DNA from: Squalus acanthias
Taxonomy: Eukaryota
Direction of reading: 5' to 3'
NCBI GenBank assembly: GCA_030390025.1
Contig: CM059432.1
Coordinates: 81,904,001-81,968,000 of the forward strand
DNA length: 64,000 nucleotides
Below the pieces are notes generated by a model. It worked only from the letters and a program-made list of their open reading frames with translations, searched no databases and was not told the DNA's origin. Shown here in pieces: positions 11,650 through 22,463 of this stretch. A program made the translations under genes and the position numbers. Each line of letters opens with the position of its first letter. Position 1 is the stretch's first letter.

Positions 11650-12310
11650 CCATTGGCTGGGCAAGCTGGATTTCTTGGGTATGTGAAATGAGGAAGGCAC
11701 AAGGGTAGAATTGTGGTGAGGGGAGGGCAGGAAAGCAAGAGCTGCATGCTTACACCATTCGCACCTTGTAAATCAGAAGATATTGTGGGATGATTGGGAC
11801 GTGGGATGTGAGAAGGAGGATAATGTATGAGGATTCCAGCATCTTGTATCCTTTCAGCCCCACCGCTGGCCAAGTGAAGAGCCATGCCCCTGCCAAGAAT
11901 GGCCAGCACCGTCTCTTCCAAGGGGGTGAGGTGAAGCTAGGAATGGGAGATGTGCCTCATGATTGGTACAGATTGTTGGTAGGTGAGTGATTGTGGGGGG
12001 TGGGCGGGGGGAGGCTCTTGGATTGAGCAGTGTGTGAGGCTAGTGGTGCAGTTAATAGGAGACGGCTCTTGAAGATGCATTCACTGACCTTGACCAGTGG
12101 TCTGAGGTCATGAAGCTTCTTTGGGCGCTGGAGCCAGGTTGCGGGGGCGACACTGCTGGCAGTGACAGCCTCGGTGATCTGGTCCCACATCCTTCTTCCT
12201 GGAGGGCCTCCTGGTCCCTGTGGGTAGAGAACCTCTCTTGCAGTGTTGACCCCCTGCACAAAGCTGGAGTGCTTCGTGCGAGACCCTGGGTGCCCCTTCC
12301 CTGGCTTGTT
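11650..12310 (-). pseudogene. Harbinger Myb/SANT-like gene remnant
   Basis: QGVNTAREVLYPQGPG..RRMWDQITEAVTASSVAPATWLQRPKKLHDL and downstream EETVLAILGR. Confidence 0.75.
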
Positions 12311-12610
12311 AAGCTATTTGTCTTAGTGCTGAAGCACTTTTACATTTATTTTTAATGTTTATTGTTTTCAGAAGGTAGTTGAGCTCTAAGGGCGAAAGAC
12401 TGCCTATTTTGAACTGATTTTTATTTTTTTCATTTTAGAAAGCAGTTTCCCTTTAAGGGACCAACACTGCTTTCTAAAATGACAGCTTTGCTTTAAGACA
12501 ACACTGCCTGGCTCCAGAGACGCAACGGCCACACTACATTGGGCCTCTTGCTGAGACTACCGCTAGAAAACCAGTCTCGCACTGTAGGTTTTGCACTGTG
12601 CTAATTTAAA

Positions 12611-13774
12611 TACGCCAACATCTTCATGCACAAGTTCGAGCAAGACTTCTTCGCTGCACAGGACCTCCAACCAACGCTGTACACCAGATACATCGACGAC
12701 ATCTTCTTCCTTTGGACCCATGGTGAAGGATCACTGAAAGGACTACACGATAGCATCAACAGGTTCCATCCCACCATCAAACTCACCATGGACTACTCCT
12801 CAGAATCGGTTTCATTCTTGGACACACGAATCTCCATCAAAGACGGACGCCTCAACACTTCACTCTACCGCAAGCCCACGGACAACCTCACGATGCTCCA
12901 CTTCTCCAGCTTCCACCCTAACCACGTTAAAGAAGCCATCCCCTATGGACAAGCCCTGCGAATACACAGGATCTGCTCAGACGAGGAGGAACGCGATGGA
13001 CACCTACGGACACTGAAAGACGCCCTCGTAAGAACGGGATATGACGCTCGACTCGTCGATCGATAGTTCCGACGGGCCACAGCGAAAAACCGCATAGACC
13101 TCCTCAGAAGACGAACACGGGACACAACCAACAGAGTACCCTACGTCGTCCAGTACTTCCCCGGAGCGGAAAAACTACGCCATGTTCTTCGCAGCCTTCA
13201 ACATGTCATCGATGACGACGAACACCTTGCTAAGGCCATCCCCACGCCTCCACTACTCGCCTTCAAGCAGCCGCCTAACCTCAAAAGTACCATCGTTCGC
13301 AGCAGATTACCCATCTTTCAGGAGAACAGCAACCAAGACACCACACAACCCTGCCACGGCAACCTCTGCAAGACATGCCAAATCATGGACACAGATACCA
13401 TCATCACACGTGAGAACACTACCCACCAGGTACATGGTACATACTCATGTGACTCGGCCAACGTTGTCTACCTGATACGTTGCAGTAAAGGATGCTCCAG
13501 AGCATGGTACATCGGCGAGACCATGCAGACACTGAGACAACGTATGAACGGACACCGCGCAACAATCGCCAGGCAGGAGGGTTGCCTCCCAGTCGGGGAA
13601 CACTTCAGCAGCCAGGGGCATTCAGCCTCGGATCTGCGGGTAAGCGTTCTCCAAGGCGGCCTTCGAGATACACGACAGCGCAAAATCATAGAGCAGAAAC
13701 TGATAGCCAAGTTCCGCACTCATGAGGATGGCCTCAATCGCGATATCGGGTTCATGTCACGATACAGAACGTGA
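12611..13774 (+). pseudogene. Penelope RT C-terminus, Cys linker and GIY-YIG endonuclease with one in-frame stop (13064-13066)
   Basis: YANIFM..RYIDDIF..FLDT..LYRKPT; CHGNLCKTC linker; VVYLIRC..WYIGET..LRQRMNGH. ORFs 12626-13066 and 13385-13774 share a frame, and the segment between them is open. Confidence 0.92.
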
Positions 13775-14128
13775 CTTGACATCATGGCCGGTCTTCCCAG
13801 GTGTTTTTTTTAAAAAAAAGACTAACACAAGAACCTACACAAATTGACAGGATATGCAGCCAGCAGGTGGTTTGACACGTTGGACCCCCTGGGACACATC
13901 TCATTGTCTTGGCTGTGCTCTTTGATGTAGGGAAAGATGTGAATAGATTTTGTCTGTGTTTAAATTGTGAATTCTGGGAGATTCTCTCACTGCTAACTTA
14001 CCTGACGAAGGAGCGAACTGCTCCGAAAGCTTGTAAAATTAAATAAATCTGTTGGACTATAACCTGGTGTTGTGCGACTTCTCATTTTTGTCCACCCCAG
14101 TCCAACGCCGGCATCTCCACATCATGAC
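12612..14128 (+). mobile_element. Penelope-like retroelement (family A, Neptune-like), 5'-truncated, young
   Basis: 11-bp TSD CTAATTTAAAT at 12601-12611 and 14129-14139; RT plus GIY-YIG ORF; CpGs retained; hammerhead in the 3' region. Confidence 0.93.
13998..14036 (+). ncRNA. Minimal type I hammerhead ribozyme (Penelope family A)
   Basis: TTAC-CTGACGA-A-GGAGC(GAACT)GCTCC-GAAA-GCTT-GTAA: perfect 5-bp stem II, palindromic AAGCTT stem III and stem I TTAC/GTAA. Confidence 0.8.
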
Positions 14129-14459
14129 CTAATTTAAATTAGCAGGCAGCACCAAAATACCGGCGCCGCCTGTGCTATTATTTCGGGCGGCCATTAACTT
14201 CGGCCAACTTTCCGGCCTACTCCAATTACTAGACCAAGTGATTGGTTCTAGGCCTGAGCTTGGGGGAGGCCTGTGCCTTCACTTTCCCTGCTACTCCCTC
14301 CATGCTCTAATATACAAGGATGTCCAAGGTGGATTTCTTCAAGAGAATCTAGGCTTGCAATTTTTGAGCCCTCCTCTAGTTCAGGTTGGTTCTCTTGTAT
14401 TATGTGCCATCTTGCAGAGAAGTAGTCTTCAGCTATTATAAGTTGAAGGAGCACATGCA

Positions 14460-15176
14460 GGGGACAATTTTTGTCTTGCTACCGCCCTGTTTGCACTCAA
14501 AAACAGGGTGGTAGTGGAACAAAAATGGAACGCCTGCTCATCCGCTACTTTGAGATGTTCCAATTTTCGGGCAAACTTGAATCCCGGCGGGGCGAGCTAC
14601 CATCTGAAATGAGGGAGCCTCATGCATACATGCAAATGGTGTTCAAGTGTCATCATTTAGACTCCAATGTCAATTTCCACCCTTACTGCCTTGACTATCT
14701 CGACTTCCTACTCCTGCCCACCAATCACAGGTGGTACAGATGGAGAAATGACCATTTCCAGTGATACTTAATAGGATCCTCACCAGCTGTTAGGTAAAGC
14801 TGAATGGAGCTTTTGGAGACCTTTTTATAGCTTGTGGTTTCCCACCAATAGATTTGAAAGGTTACATAGTTGCTATTGTAGGTTCTGCACACATGTTGTC
14901 TGATGCTCCACTGGGTTGCCTTTCTGTTCCCAATAAAAAAGTAGTCCTCCATCACTCTGCTGCTGCATGCCCATGACAGTTTCCTGCACCGCCCAATTAC
15001 CTGTCTTCAAATTGGCGAGCTGCCAATTGGGAGCACGTTTCATTCTGGCAGCTCGCCAACTGCATGATAATGAGGGCCAACCACAAAAATGACACCGGTT
15101 CCACACTGACTCCTCTGGGCGGCCGCCACACGCATCTCACCCACCTGTTTACCATGCACAGATGGAAATTGCCCCC
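14460..15176. mobile_element. Degenerate Harbinger-like non-autonomous element
   Basis: Ends GGGGACAATTTT and GAAATTGCCCCC; subterminal ATGCAAAT and GCCAATT motifs as in the other Harbingers here. Confidence 0.5.
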
Positions 15177-15363
15177 ATACAGTGACAGGTATGTGCCCAA
15201 ATTGCTGTCTATCTTGGTGCCAATAACTGTATTCTGTTACAATGATTTTATGGGTGAACATGTTTGAAGAGGTGGCGCATGCCAATGCTTTCACTTGTGA
15301 GCTGACACTTGAATATGTGACGTGCTGGAGTATTGGCATGAATGAGAACCAATTAAAGATCTT

Positions 15364-16207
15364 GGGCTGGATTTTGCCAATGGGGAGCTTTTGGAGGCGG
15401 GACTCCCACTTGTCGAGTTTCAGTCCCGCCTCCATCGACTTCTGGCCAACCCACGCTATTTTCCCTTGATTAACCTTGTTAAGCCCGCCCAGCGGGTTTA
15501 GCAGGCCAATTAAAGGAAAGCCGGTGACAGAGAATGTCGGCGTATGACGTTTCATCTGTCAAAAATTTTTGACAGCTGAATTGTCATCGTTTGACAGCTC
15601 TGTGAAGCTGTCAAACACTGACATTCTCTGTTGTTTGATGAGTCCTTGTATTCAAGGCTCATCAAACCTCTTTTGTGAGCAGAAATTAGATGGCTGTTGC
15701 ATCGAGAATGCAGCAGCCATCTGTCATCTCTGCCGGTCAGATGCGAGAGTCTCCGCATCCCCAACTGTTGAAGCCTGCAGGAAGAAACAAAGGTAAGGGA
15801 ACTTTTTCTATCACTTTCCGCTCACCTCACATACTTACCTCTCCACACTTGCACCCATCACTTACCTCCACAGCCCACTTTTGCACCCCTCCGACCCCCG
15901 CAGACCCACTGCTCGCCTCGGTGACCCTGGCGGGGTTTCCCGACATCGGGAAGCCCACGCCTCTGGTGGAAAAATGGGGATAATCCTCTTAACTGCCTGT
16001 TAACTACCTGTTAACAGGCAGTTAAGTGGCTGTAATCCCTTTCCCGCCTCCAGGAGACGGGACCCGGCACGGGTCGGGTACCCGCCTCCCAGGAAGATGG
16101 CACGGAGGCGGGTTGGGGGCAGGATGGGCACCCGCCCCCAGATTCCGCCATTTTCCCGGCAGTCCCACCTCCAAACCCGCCTCCCCAGGGCTGGCAAAAT
16201 CCAGCCC
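15364..16207. mobile_element. Harbinger-type MITE (~844 bp), copy 1
   Basis: TIRs GGGCTGGATTTTGCCA and TGGCAAAATCCAGCCC; flanks CTT/CAT; collinear copy at 43053-43896. Confidence 0.9.
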
Positions 16208-16349
16208 CATATGTTTTGTGCAAGCTTGATAGAGGCCAACTGTAAATGTGGAACAGATTGACAGCCAACATTTTATGGCAGGTAATCTTGGGCCATCTAC
16301 CTGTTAAATTGTACTGCTTTGGGTAGTCTTACCTTGGCAGCTTCCTTAC

Positions 16350-16578
16350 AGAAAGAAAGTAATTGCATTTATATAGCGTCTTTCACAACCTCCGGGATGT
16401 CTCAAAGCACTTCACATCCAGTGAGCTACTTTTGAAGTGTAATCACTGTTGTAATGTAGGAAACGCAGCAGTCAATTTGTGCACAGCAAGCTCCCACCGA
16501 TAGCAATGAGCTGAATAACCAGATAATCTGTTTTTTGTGATGCTGCTCGAGGGATAGAAATTGGCCAGGACTCCAGGT
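16350..16578 (-). mobile_element. Deu-domain SINE 3' half
   Basis: Reverse complement of the 3' part of 37166-37633. Confidence 0.85.
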
Positions 16579-16894
16579 CATAAGGCTAGTGTTGAGCCTG
16601 CTGACCACCTACTGCCAGGCATGCTACACTACCAATTGAGGAAGGTGTCGTGGAATACAAAACGAGACGACCTTCTTCAGCCCCACCTCATGCAGCAACA
16701 CATCCACTTCACCAGGGGGTCCAGATGTTGTGACACTTCATCACTTGCACACAGACTCTGTTTCCCGACTTTACATTTGTTATGCCTTCCCTTGGATTTT
16801 GCCAGATATTTCTTTTTCATCGTACAACCTTTGGAAAGACTGAAACATACATTTAAAACATCTGTAGCCTTTGGAAAATTACATTGCGTAGAAC

Positions 16895-17052
16895 TACATA
16901 GAAAGTACAGCACACAAACAGGTCATTCAGCCCAGCTGGTCCAAGCTGATGTTTAAGCTCCACACAAGCCTCTTCCCATCTAACCCAATCAGCATAACCT
17001 TCTATTCCTTTCTCCCTCATGTGTTTCTCTAGCTTCCCCTTAAATGCATCTA
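16895..17052 (-). mobile_element. CR1 3' end
   Basis: DAFKGKLEKHMREKGIEGYAD; same family as 2305-3880. Confidence 0.85.
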
Positions 17053-17944
17053 TGAAAATCTGAAATAAGTTCCACATGCAGCCACTTATTATAAGTGGAT
17101 ACATCCCTTTAAATGTTGCCTGCAACTATTTAAGTGCTGACGACCAACACAATTTCTAGCCAACGCCTTTCGCAAGCTCATAGTGCCAAGCTGATTACCT
17201 CCAGAAATCCCACCTGGAAATTTGCCACAATGTTGCCACGTGCCAAGCTCTCTGCACTTAGTGCTCCTGTACTTTAGTGTTGGTCCCGGAAAATCGGGCC
17301 GAATGTTTACAAAAAATACTTCTTTGAGAGTGCCACTGGAGCAGGCTACCACTCAGGACTGCTAAAGGAAATCAACAAATTTGTGATCTAAATAGGCAGC
17401 AAGGAACACAGCTCTGGAGCAAAAGTAATAGGGAAATCAAGGAGTTCATTGTTAAACTATGCTGCTGGTGGGTATTTGGAAAATTTAAATTTAAAGATGC
17501 TTCTACATTTGAGTACAGCTGACAGCAGATGTGCAGTTCTCTCTCTGCAGGCTGCATGCCATGGGTCAGTTTTCCCTCTTAATACACTTGGGCATAAAGG
17601 AATGTCCAGTGAAGAGGGGAAACTAGGGCAAACCCCATTACAAGTGTGCGATCCTCCCCGCCCTATTTTCCTCTATGGGCCCAAAATGATCCTTTCTGCC
17701 CAAGTGCAAGAAAAGGAAAATTAACCATCATAACTTCATCAGAGACCAAATTTCAGGCTATGAATCCACTGCCGGGTTAAGTTTACCTGTTTCAGCAAAG
17801 TAAACACAGGGACCTGGTGCTGCACATTTCTCTCCGCATCTCCATACTATACAGCAGGGCCCATCAGGGCTGTAAAGAACAGGCCCAGCAGTGTACATAG
17901 ATGCAAGAGAGTGGCGCACGGAGGCTGCTCACCCAAAACTGGAT

Positions 17945-18270
17945 CCAGGGTAGATGCTGAGAGGTCGTTTCCCCTGGTTGGATAGTCTAGAAATAGGGGG
18001 CATAGTCTCAGGATAAGGGGTCGGCCATTTAAGATTGAGATGAGGAGGAATTTCTTCACTTTGTACCCCAAAGGGCTGTAGATGCTGAGTCATTGAGTAC
18101 ATTCAAGGCTGAGATAGATAGATTTTTGGACTCTAGGGGAATCAAGGGATATGGAGATCGGGCGGGAAAGTGGAGTTGAGGTCGAAGATCAGCCATGATC
18201 TCATTGAATGGCGGAGCAGGCTCAAGGTGCCATATGGCCTACTCCTGCTCCTATTTCTTATGTTCTTATA
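17945..18270 (+). mobile_element. CR1 3' end
   Basis: GATGAGGAGGAATTTCTTCACT..GATCAGCCATGATC..TTCTTATGTTCTTAT tail. Confidence 0.88.
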
Positions 18271-19277
18271 TTTAACCTTCAAAATGATCACTGCAAGTCC
18301 TGAACATGGATCTAAACAGAATCAGTTGCATGGCCTTTATGTGGGCTCAGTATCTTTCTTCACCCTTACGTACCATCTTGTGTTCTTAAGGAGAAAGTAT
18401 TCATTGTGAAACTTATTTTCTTTGCACAGATGAGATGATAAACATTAAATTGGTGCTGTGAACCAGAGTCGGAGGAGGATTCCGTGTAACAGCTATAAGC
18501 TTCCATTTCAAAAGGACAGTTCAGGCTTTGAGTAGGTTTTTGCTTGTGATTATCATACAGCAATATTTTTGCAGAAAATCTCTGAGCACATCAGCTTCCA
18601 GAATCTAGAAAGATAATTTTTTTTTTGCAGAGTCAAAATGAACAAAGGTTTTGTTGCAACAACAATTCTAATCTCGAGCAATCACTCCTGAAAAGAAAAT
18701 CCGGGTCCAGTCATCCTGCATAACTTGTTCCTCCCGTCTTATCAGGACTGTATCTGAAACTGTGATCAGCCAGGTGACAATCAGATAATCCCATCTAGAG
18801 TGGACCAATCCTGGTGCAGGTGCCGAATGGCAGAGCCGACCCCCAAGGTTGAACTGTGGAGAAAACTTAACATCAAACAAATTCACAGAGCTCAGAAAAT
18901 TCAAGGTCACAGTTTAACCCTTGTTTTGTACTTGCCCTTAGCTGGAGAAAAGAGAGAGACAATGAGGTTTAGAACCAGTGCACTGTATCACTACTGAAAA
19001 GATTTAAGCTGCATTTACACATGTTTGTACAAAGGGTAACTCCAATGGTTAGATAAAGCCTGGGGTCTCTCCGGTGTTTACACTGCTGCAGGCCTCACTC
19101 CTTAGAATGCAGTTATACAGGCACACAGGATGGAGGGCATTGCAGTGATATTGTGGCACCTCGCTGTTGGCCCCTGTTGCCTAGAGACACGTGGCTCAGA
19201 TCAAAGGTTGATTACACTCTGGGTCTGTTTACATTGTGCTAGTGGTCTCACACTGGTCTCGAACTTACGGTTAGAGG

Positions 19278-19575
19278 AAAAAGCAAAAAAACTGCAGATG
19301 TCGGAAATCTGAAACAAAAACATGCTGGAAACACTCAACATCTGTGCAGAGACCAGACAGGTTAACATTCAAGTATCAATCCTTTGGCAGAACGAGAAGA
19401 ATTAACAGATGAACATTTTATAAGGAACAAAACAAAGGGAAGGGGGAGGGAAATCACACACAAGGAAATAGAAAGACCAGTGAAATGCTTAAATGGATAA
19501 TAGGAGATGGTTAAATAGATGAAATGATATTAACACAAAAGAGAAAGAGGCATAATGAGATAAATTAAAGACATT
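19278..19575 (-). mobile_element. Old Penelope-like 3' tail
   Basis: AAAAGCAAAAAACTGCAGATGTCGGAAATCTGAAACAAAAA..GCTGGAAACACTC is the reverse of the family B tail. Confidence 0.6.
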
Positions 19576-19994
19576 TAGGAAAAACAAAGAACATGTAAAT
19601 TATTTGAGGTTGGGGGCGGGGAGGCGGTGAGGCGGTGATGGGTAAAAATGGAAACTAGAAAAACTGGCAAAGCTCCAATGGCCCAGGAGCCTTGCAGAAG
19701 AAAATACAGGTCAACACCAAGGGTATAGACCTCCCTGCTGGCACAGTGTGTGTGTGTGGGGTGGGGGAGTGGGGGGAAGGCACAGGTTGGTGCTTGGGTG
19801 TGAACCGGCTGTTGGAACACTGTGTGGGCACCCTTGGGGTTGATCTGCTTTTTTCTTCTCCCAGGCTCTTGGGCCTCACTACAGCCTGATCTGCTTTCCC
19901 AGATTTTCCTGCTTCTATCTCTATCTCACTAACCCCCACTGCCTTAAGCGATTCACACATTTTCAATCTCTCCTAATTGTCTTTAATTTCTCTC

Positions 19995-20058
19995 CATGAT
20001 GCGGTGTTGGACTGGGGTGGACAAACATGACTATAACCTGGTGTTGTGCGACTTCTCA
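19995..20058. mobile_element. Micro-insertion of Penelope family A 3' end with inversion
   Basis: Inverted piece of ~14087-14126 joined to forward ~14055-14086; 12-bp TSD TTAATTTCTCTC at 19983-19994 and 20059-20070. Confidence 0.8.
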
Positions 20059-20124
20059 TTAATTTCTCTCGTTATGCCTCCTATTGTCTCAGCCATTCAA
20101 CCATCTCCTGTTTTCCATTGAATC

Positions 20125-20665
20125 CTTCTCTTCTTCTTAGGCAGTCCCTCGGAACCGAGGATGACTTGCTTCCACATTAAAAATGAGTTCTCAGGTGACT
20201 GATGAGCCCAATGCGGGACCTACAGTCTCTGTCACAGGTGGGGCAGACGGTGGTTGAAGGGGCAGGTGGGTGGGGTGCTTGGGTTGACGTGCGCTCCTTG
20301 CGCTGCCTGCGCTTGGCTTCCGCTTGCTCCCAGCGAAGAGACTCGAGGTGTTCGGCGCCTTCCCGGATGCTTCTCCTCCACTTTGTGCGGTCTTGTGCCA
20401 GGGATTCCCAGGTGTCGGTGGGGATGTTACACTTTTTCAAGGAGGCTTTGAGGGTGTCCTTGAAGCGTTTCCTCTGCCCACCTGGGGCTCTCTTGCCGTG
20501 CCGGAGCTGCGAGTAGAGCGCTTGTTTTGGGAGTCTCGTATCGGGCATGCGGACAATGTGACCTGTTCATCGGAGCTGATCGAGCATGGTCAAAGCTTCG
20601 ATGCTGGGGATGTTGGCCTGAGCAAGAACACTGATGTTGGTGCACCTTTGCAGATCACTTTGCAG
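20125..20665 (-). mobile_element. RTE (BovB-like) LINE 3' end
   Basis: MPDTRLPKQALYSQLRHGKRAPGGQRKRFKDTLKASLK...CPTCDRDCRSRIGLISHLRTH, short 3' UTR and (GAA)n tail. Confidence 0.9.
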
Positions 20666-20699
20666 ATCAATCTACCTCCTCTCTTATACGCACGTATGT

Positions 20700-20880
20700 G
20701 TTGGTTTGTGTGTGTGCTTTCCCCCCGCCTGTGTTCTGTTCCTTTTTAAATGCCGCTCATCTGTCATTTTTTTTAGGTCTGATGAAGAAACCACACCTGA
20801 AATGTTAACGTGTCTGTTCCCTCCACATATATTGACAGACTTGCTGTGTGTTTCCAGCATTTTCTGTCTTTGTTTCTTGG
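20700..20880 (+). mobile_element. Old Penelope-like 3' tail with degenerate hammerhead
   Basis: CTGATGAA..GAAATGTTAAC..GCTGTGTGTTTCCAGCATTTTCTG. Confidence 0.6.
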
Positions 20881-21063
20881 TTGGAGGAATAGGTTTTGTA
20901 CCAGTGCACACCAGATTGAGGAATTTGCACTGCATCTTTCATTTCAGATTTGAATCTGAATCAGACATATACAAATGAGATTTAATATTGCTAGCTATGG
21001 TTCCATTGATGTTCTGGTGACTTGACCAGGTGGTCATTCTTCATCTGTGGGCTTTGACAGTAA

Positions 21064-21679
21064 GGCGGAAAAATTGGCCCGTGCCCCCTTTGAGGTGCTA
21101 ACTTTGCCGGGGCGCTACCCAAAAAAGTTAGCGCCCCCGCACCCAAAATTGAATGGTAGCTCCCCAAGCAGGAGGCGGGGCGTTACTGGAAGCACTCCCC
21201 CTCCCTCTTGGGGCACTCCCATTGAATATCACAGCGCCACGCACGTCGGCACATAGCGCTGCGGTACTACAGGCCTCCCTCCCCTGCTTTCCCAGTGCAG
21301 TGCCACCGGGGAGCGAGGTGCCGGCAAAAGACCGATTGTGGCCGACACCCCGCAGGATGAGGTGAGACGGGGCAGGTGTTGGCAGGCGGCCCAAAAGAAA
21401 TGGCCGCCCGGCACCTGCCCTTTAATTTGTGCCGCCCCGGCCGCAAAAACGCCACCCTGACCCTGTCGGACATAGCGTCCGGCGATAGGTCAGGGGGCAC
21501 GAGCCAAGTTTGCAGCTGGGGCGCTGACCACGGTGATGACATTATCGCCAGAGGTGCAGCGCCGCAGGGCGCTATCGGCTACCGCTGCCGCTAACCTGCC
21601 GCTGAATTTCGCGGGAGGCGTTAGCGGCGCCGTGCCTGAGGCGCTAACGGGAGGCGCAAAGCAACCGAATTTTTCCCCC
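21064..21679. mobile_element. GC/CpG-rich Harbinger-type MITE
   Basis: TIRs GGCGGAAAAATTGG and CCGAATTTTTCCCCC; TSD TAA at 21061-21063 and 21680-21682. Confidence 0.85.
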
Positions 21680-22100
21680 TAAGTGTCATCAAGCTATTCA
21701 ACAGTAGGTTGGAGGGGCATCACAGTTGAGATTGGTCCTGTCCAGGAGAGGTTGAACGATAGTGATCAGGAGCAGGAATTTAAGCTGGCATTCCTCTCCT
21801 CAGGGTTCTGAGGCCAATTGTAGCACCTCTGCTGCTGTGCCAGCTGTAATCAACTAACTCAGTGCAGACAAGAGATTGAATCTGAGACCATCCAGGCCTG
21901 TATGGCTCAATAATTCTCTGCTTTAAGTGGCAGAGCAATATGGGGGAACAGCCAATAGAACTTAATCAATTTGTATCTTGAAATTAAGCTCTTTGAGTAT
22001 TAGCATACAAATGTATAACTGGCTTGGATGAAATTTCTCTCTACTCTATTGCACTTTAAAATAAACAAGGTGATGTCTGTTAAAATAGTAAACATTAGTA

Positions 22101-22463
22101 CAGGAAACTCTTTATTAACCGGCACCGACGGGACCGGCGTGGTGCCGGTTAATCAAAAAGTTCGGATAACGGAGAGTTATATCTCCCAACGTACGAGAGC
22201 CCCGTACACATTGACATGCGCCTGCATTCGGAGCTCCGTCTCCCCGGGGACCGCCAGCTGACCATCTGTCGTGTCCGCTGCCTACCCGGGCTGCACATTC
22301 CCCTCCCAATCTACACGCTCCGATACAAGGCAAACGCCTCGGGGTTTTTTTTAAGTTAATTTTAAATGAGAGATGAAGGAAAACCCTGGTTACCTACTCA
22401 AGAATTTTGCCGGTTAAGAGAGATTTCTGGATATTTGGGTGCCGGTTAATAAAGCGTTTCCTG
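22101..22463. mobile_element. pogo/Tigger-like (Tc1/mariner) MITE
   Basis: 26-bp TIR CAGGAAACTCTTTATTAACCGGCACC (1 mismatch); TA TSD on both sides. Confidence 0.92.

Larger units (their letters stand above)
10371..14217. mobile_element. Decayed Harbinger element hosting nested Penelope insertions
   Basis: Imperfect TIRs GGCCGAGAAATT and AACTTTCCGGCC; Myb remnant on the minus strand; acidic tract on the plus strand like a transposase C-terminus. Confidence 0.65.

Noticed and set aside
21064..21679. CpG-island promoter
   Set aside because: The CpG-rich block is bounded exactly by TIRs and a TAA TSD, so it is a MITE.
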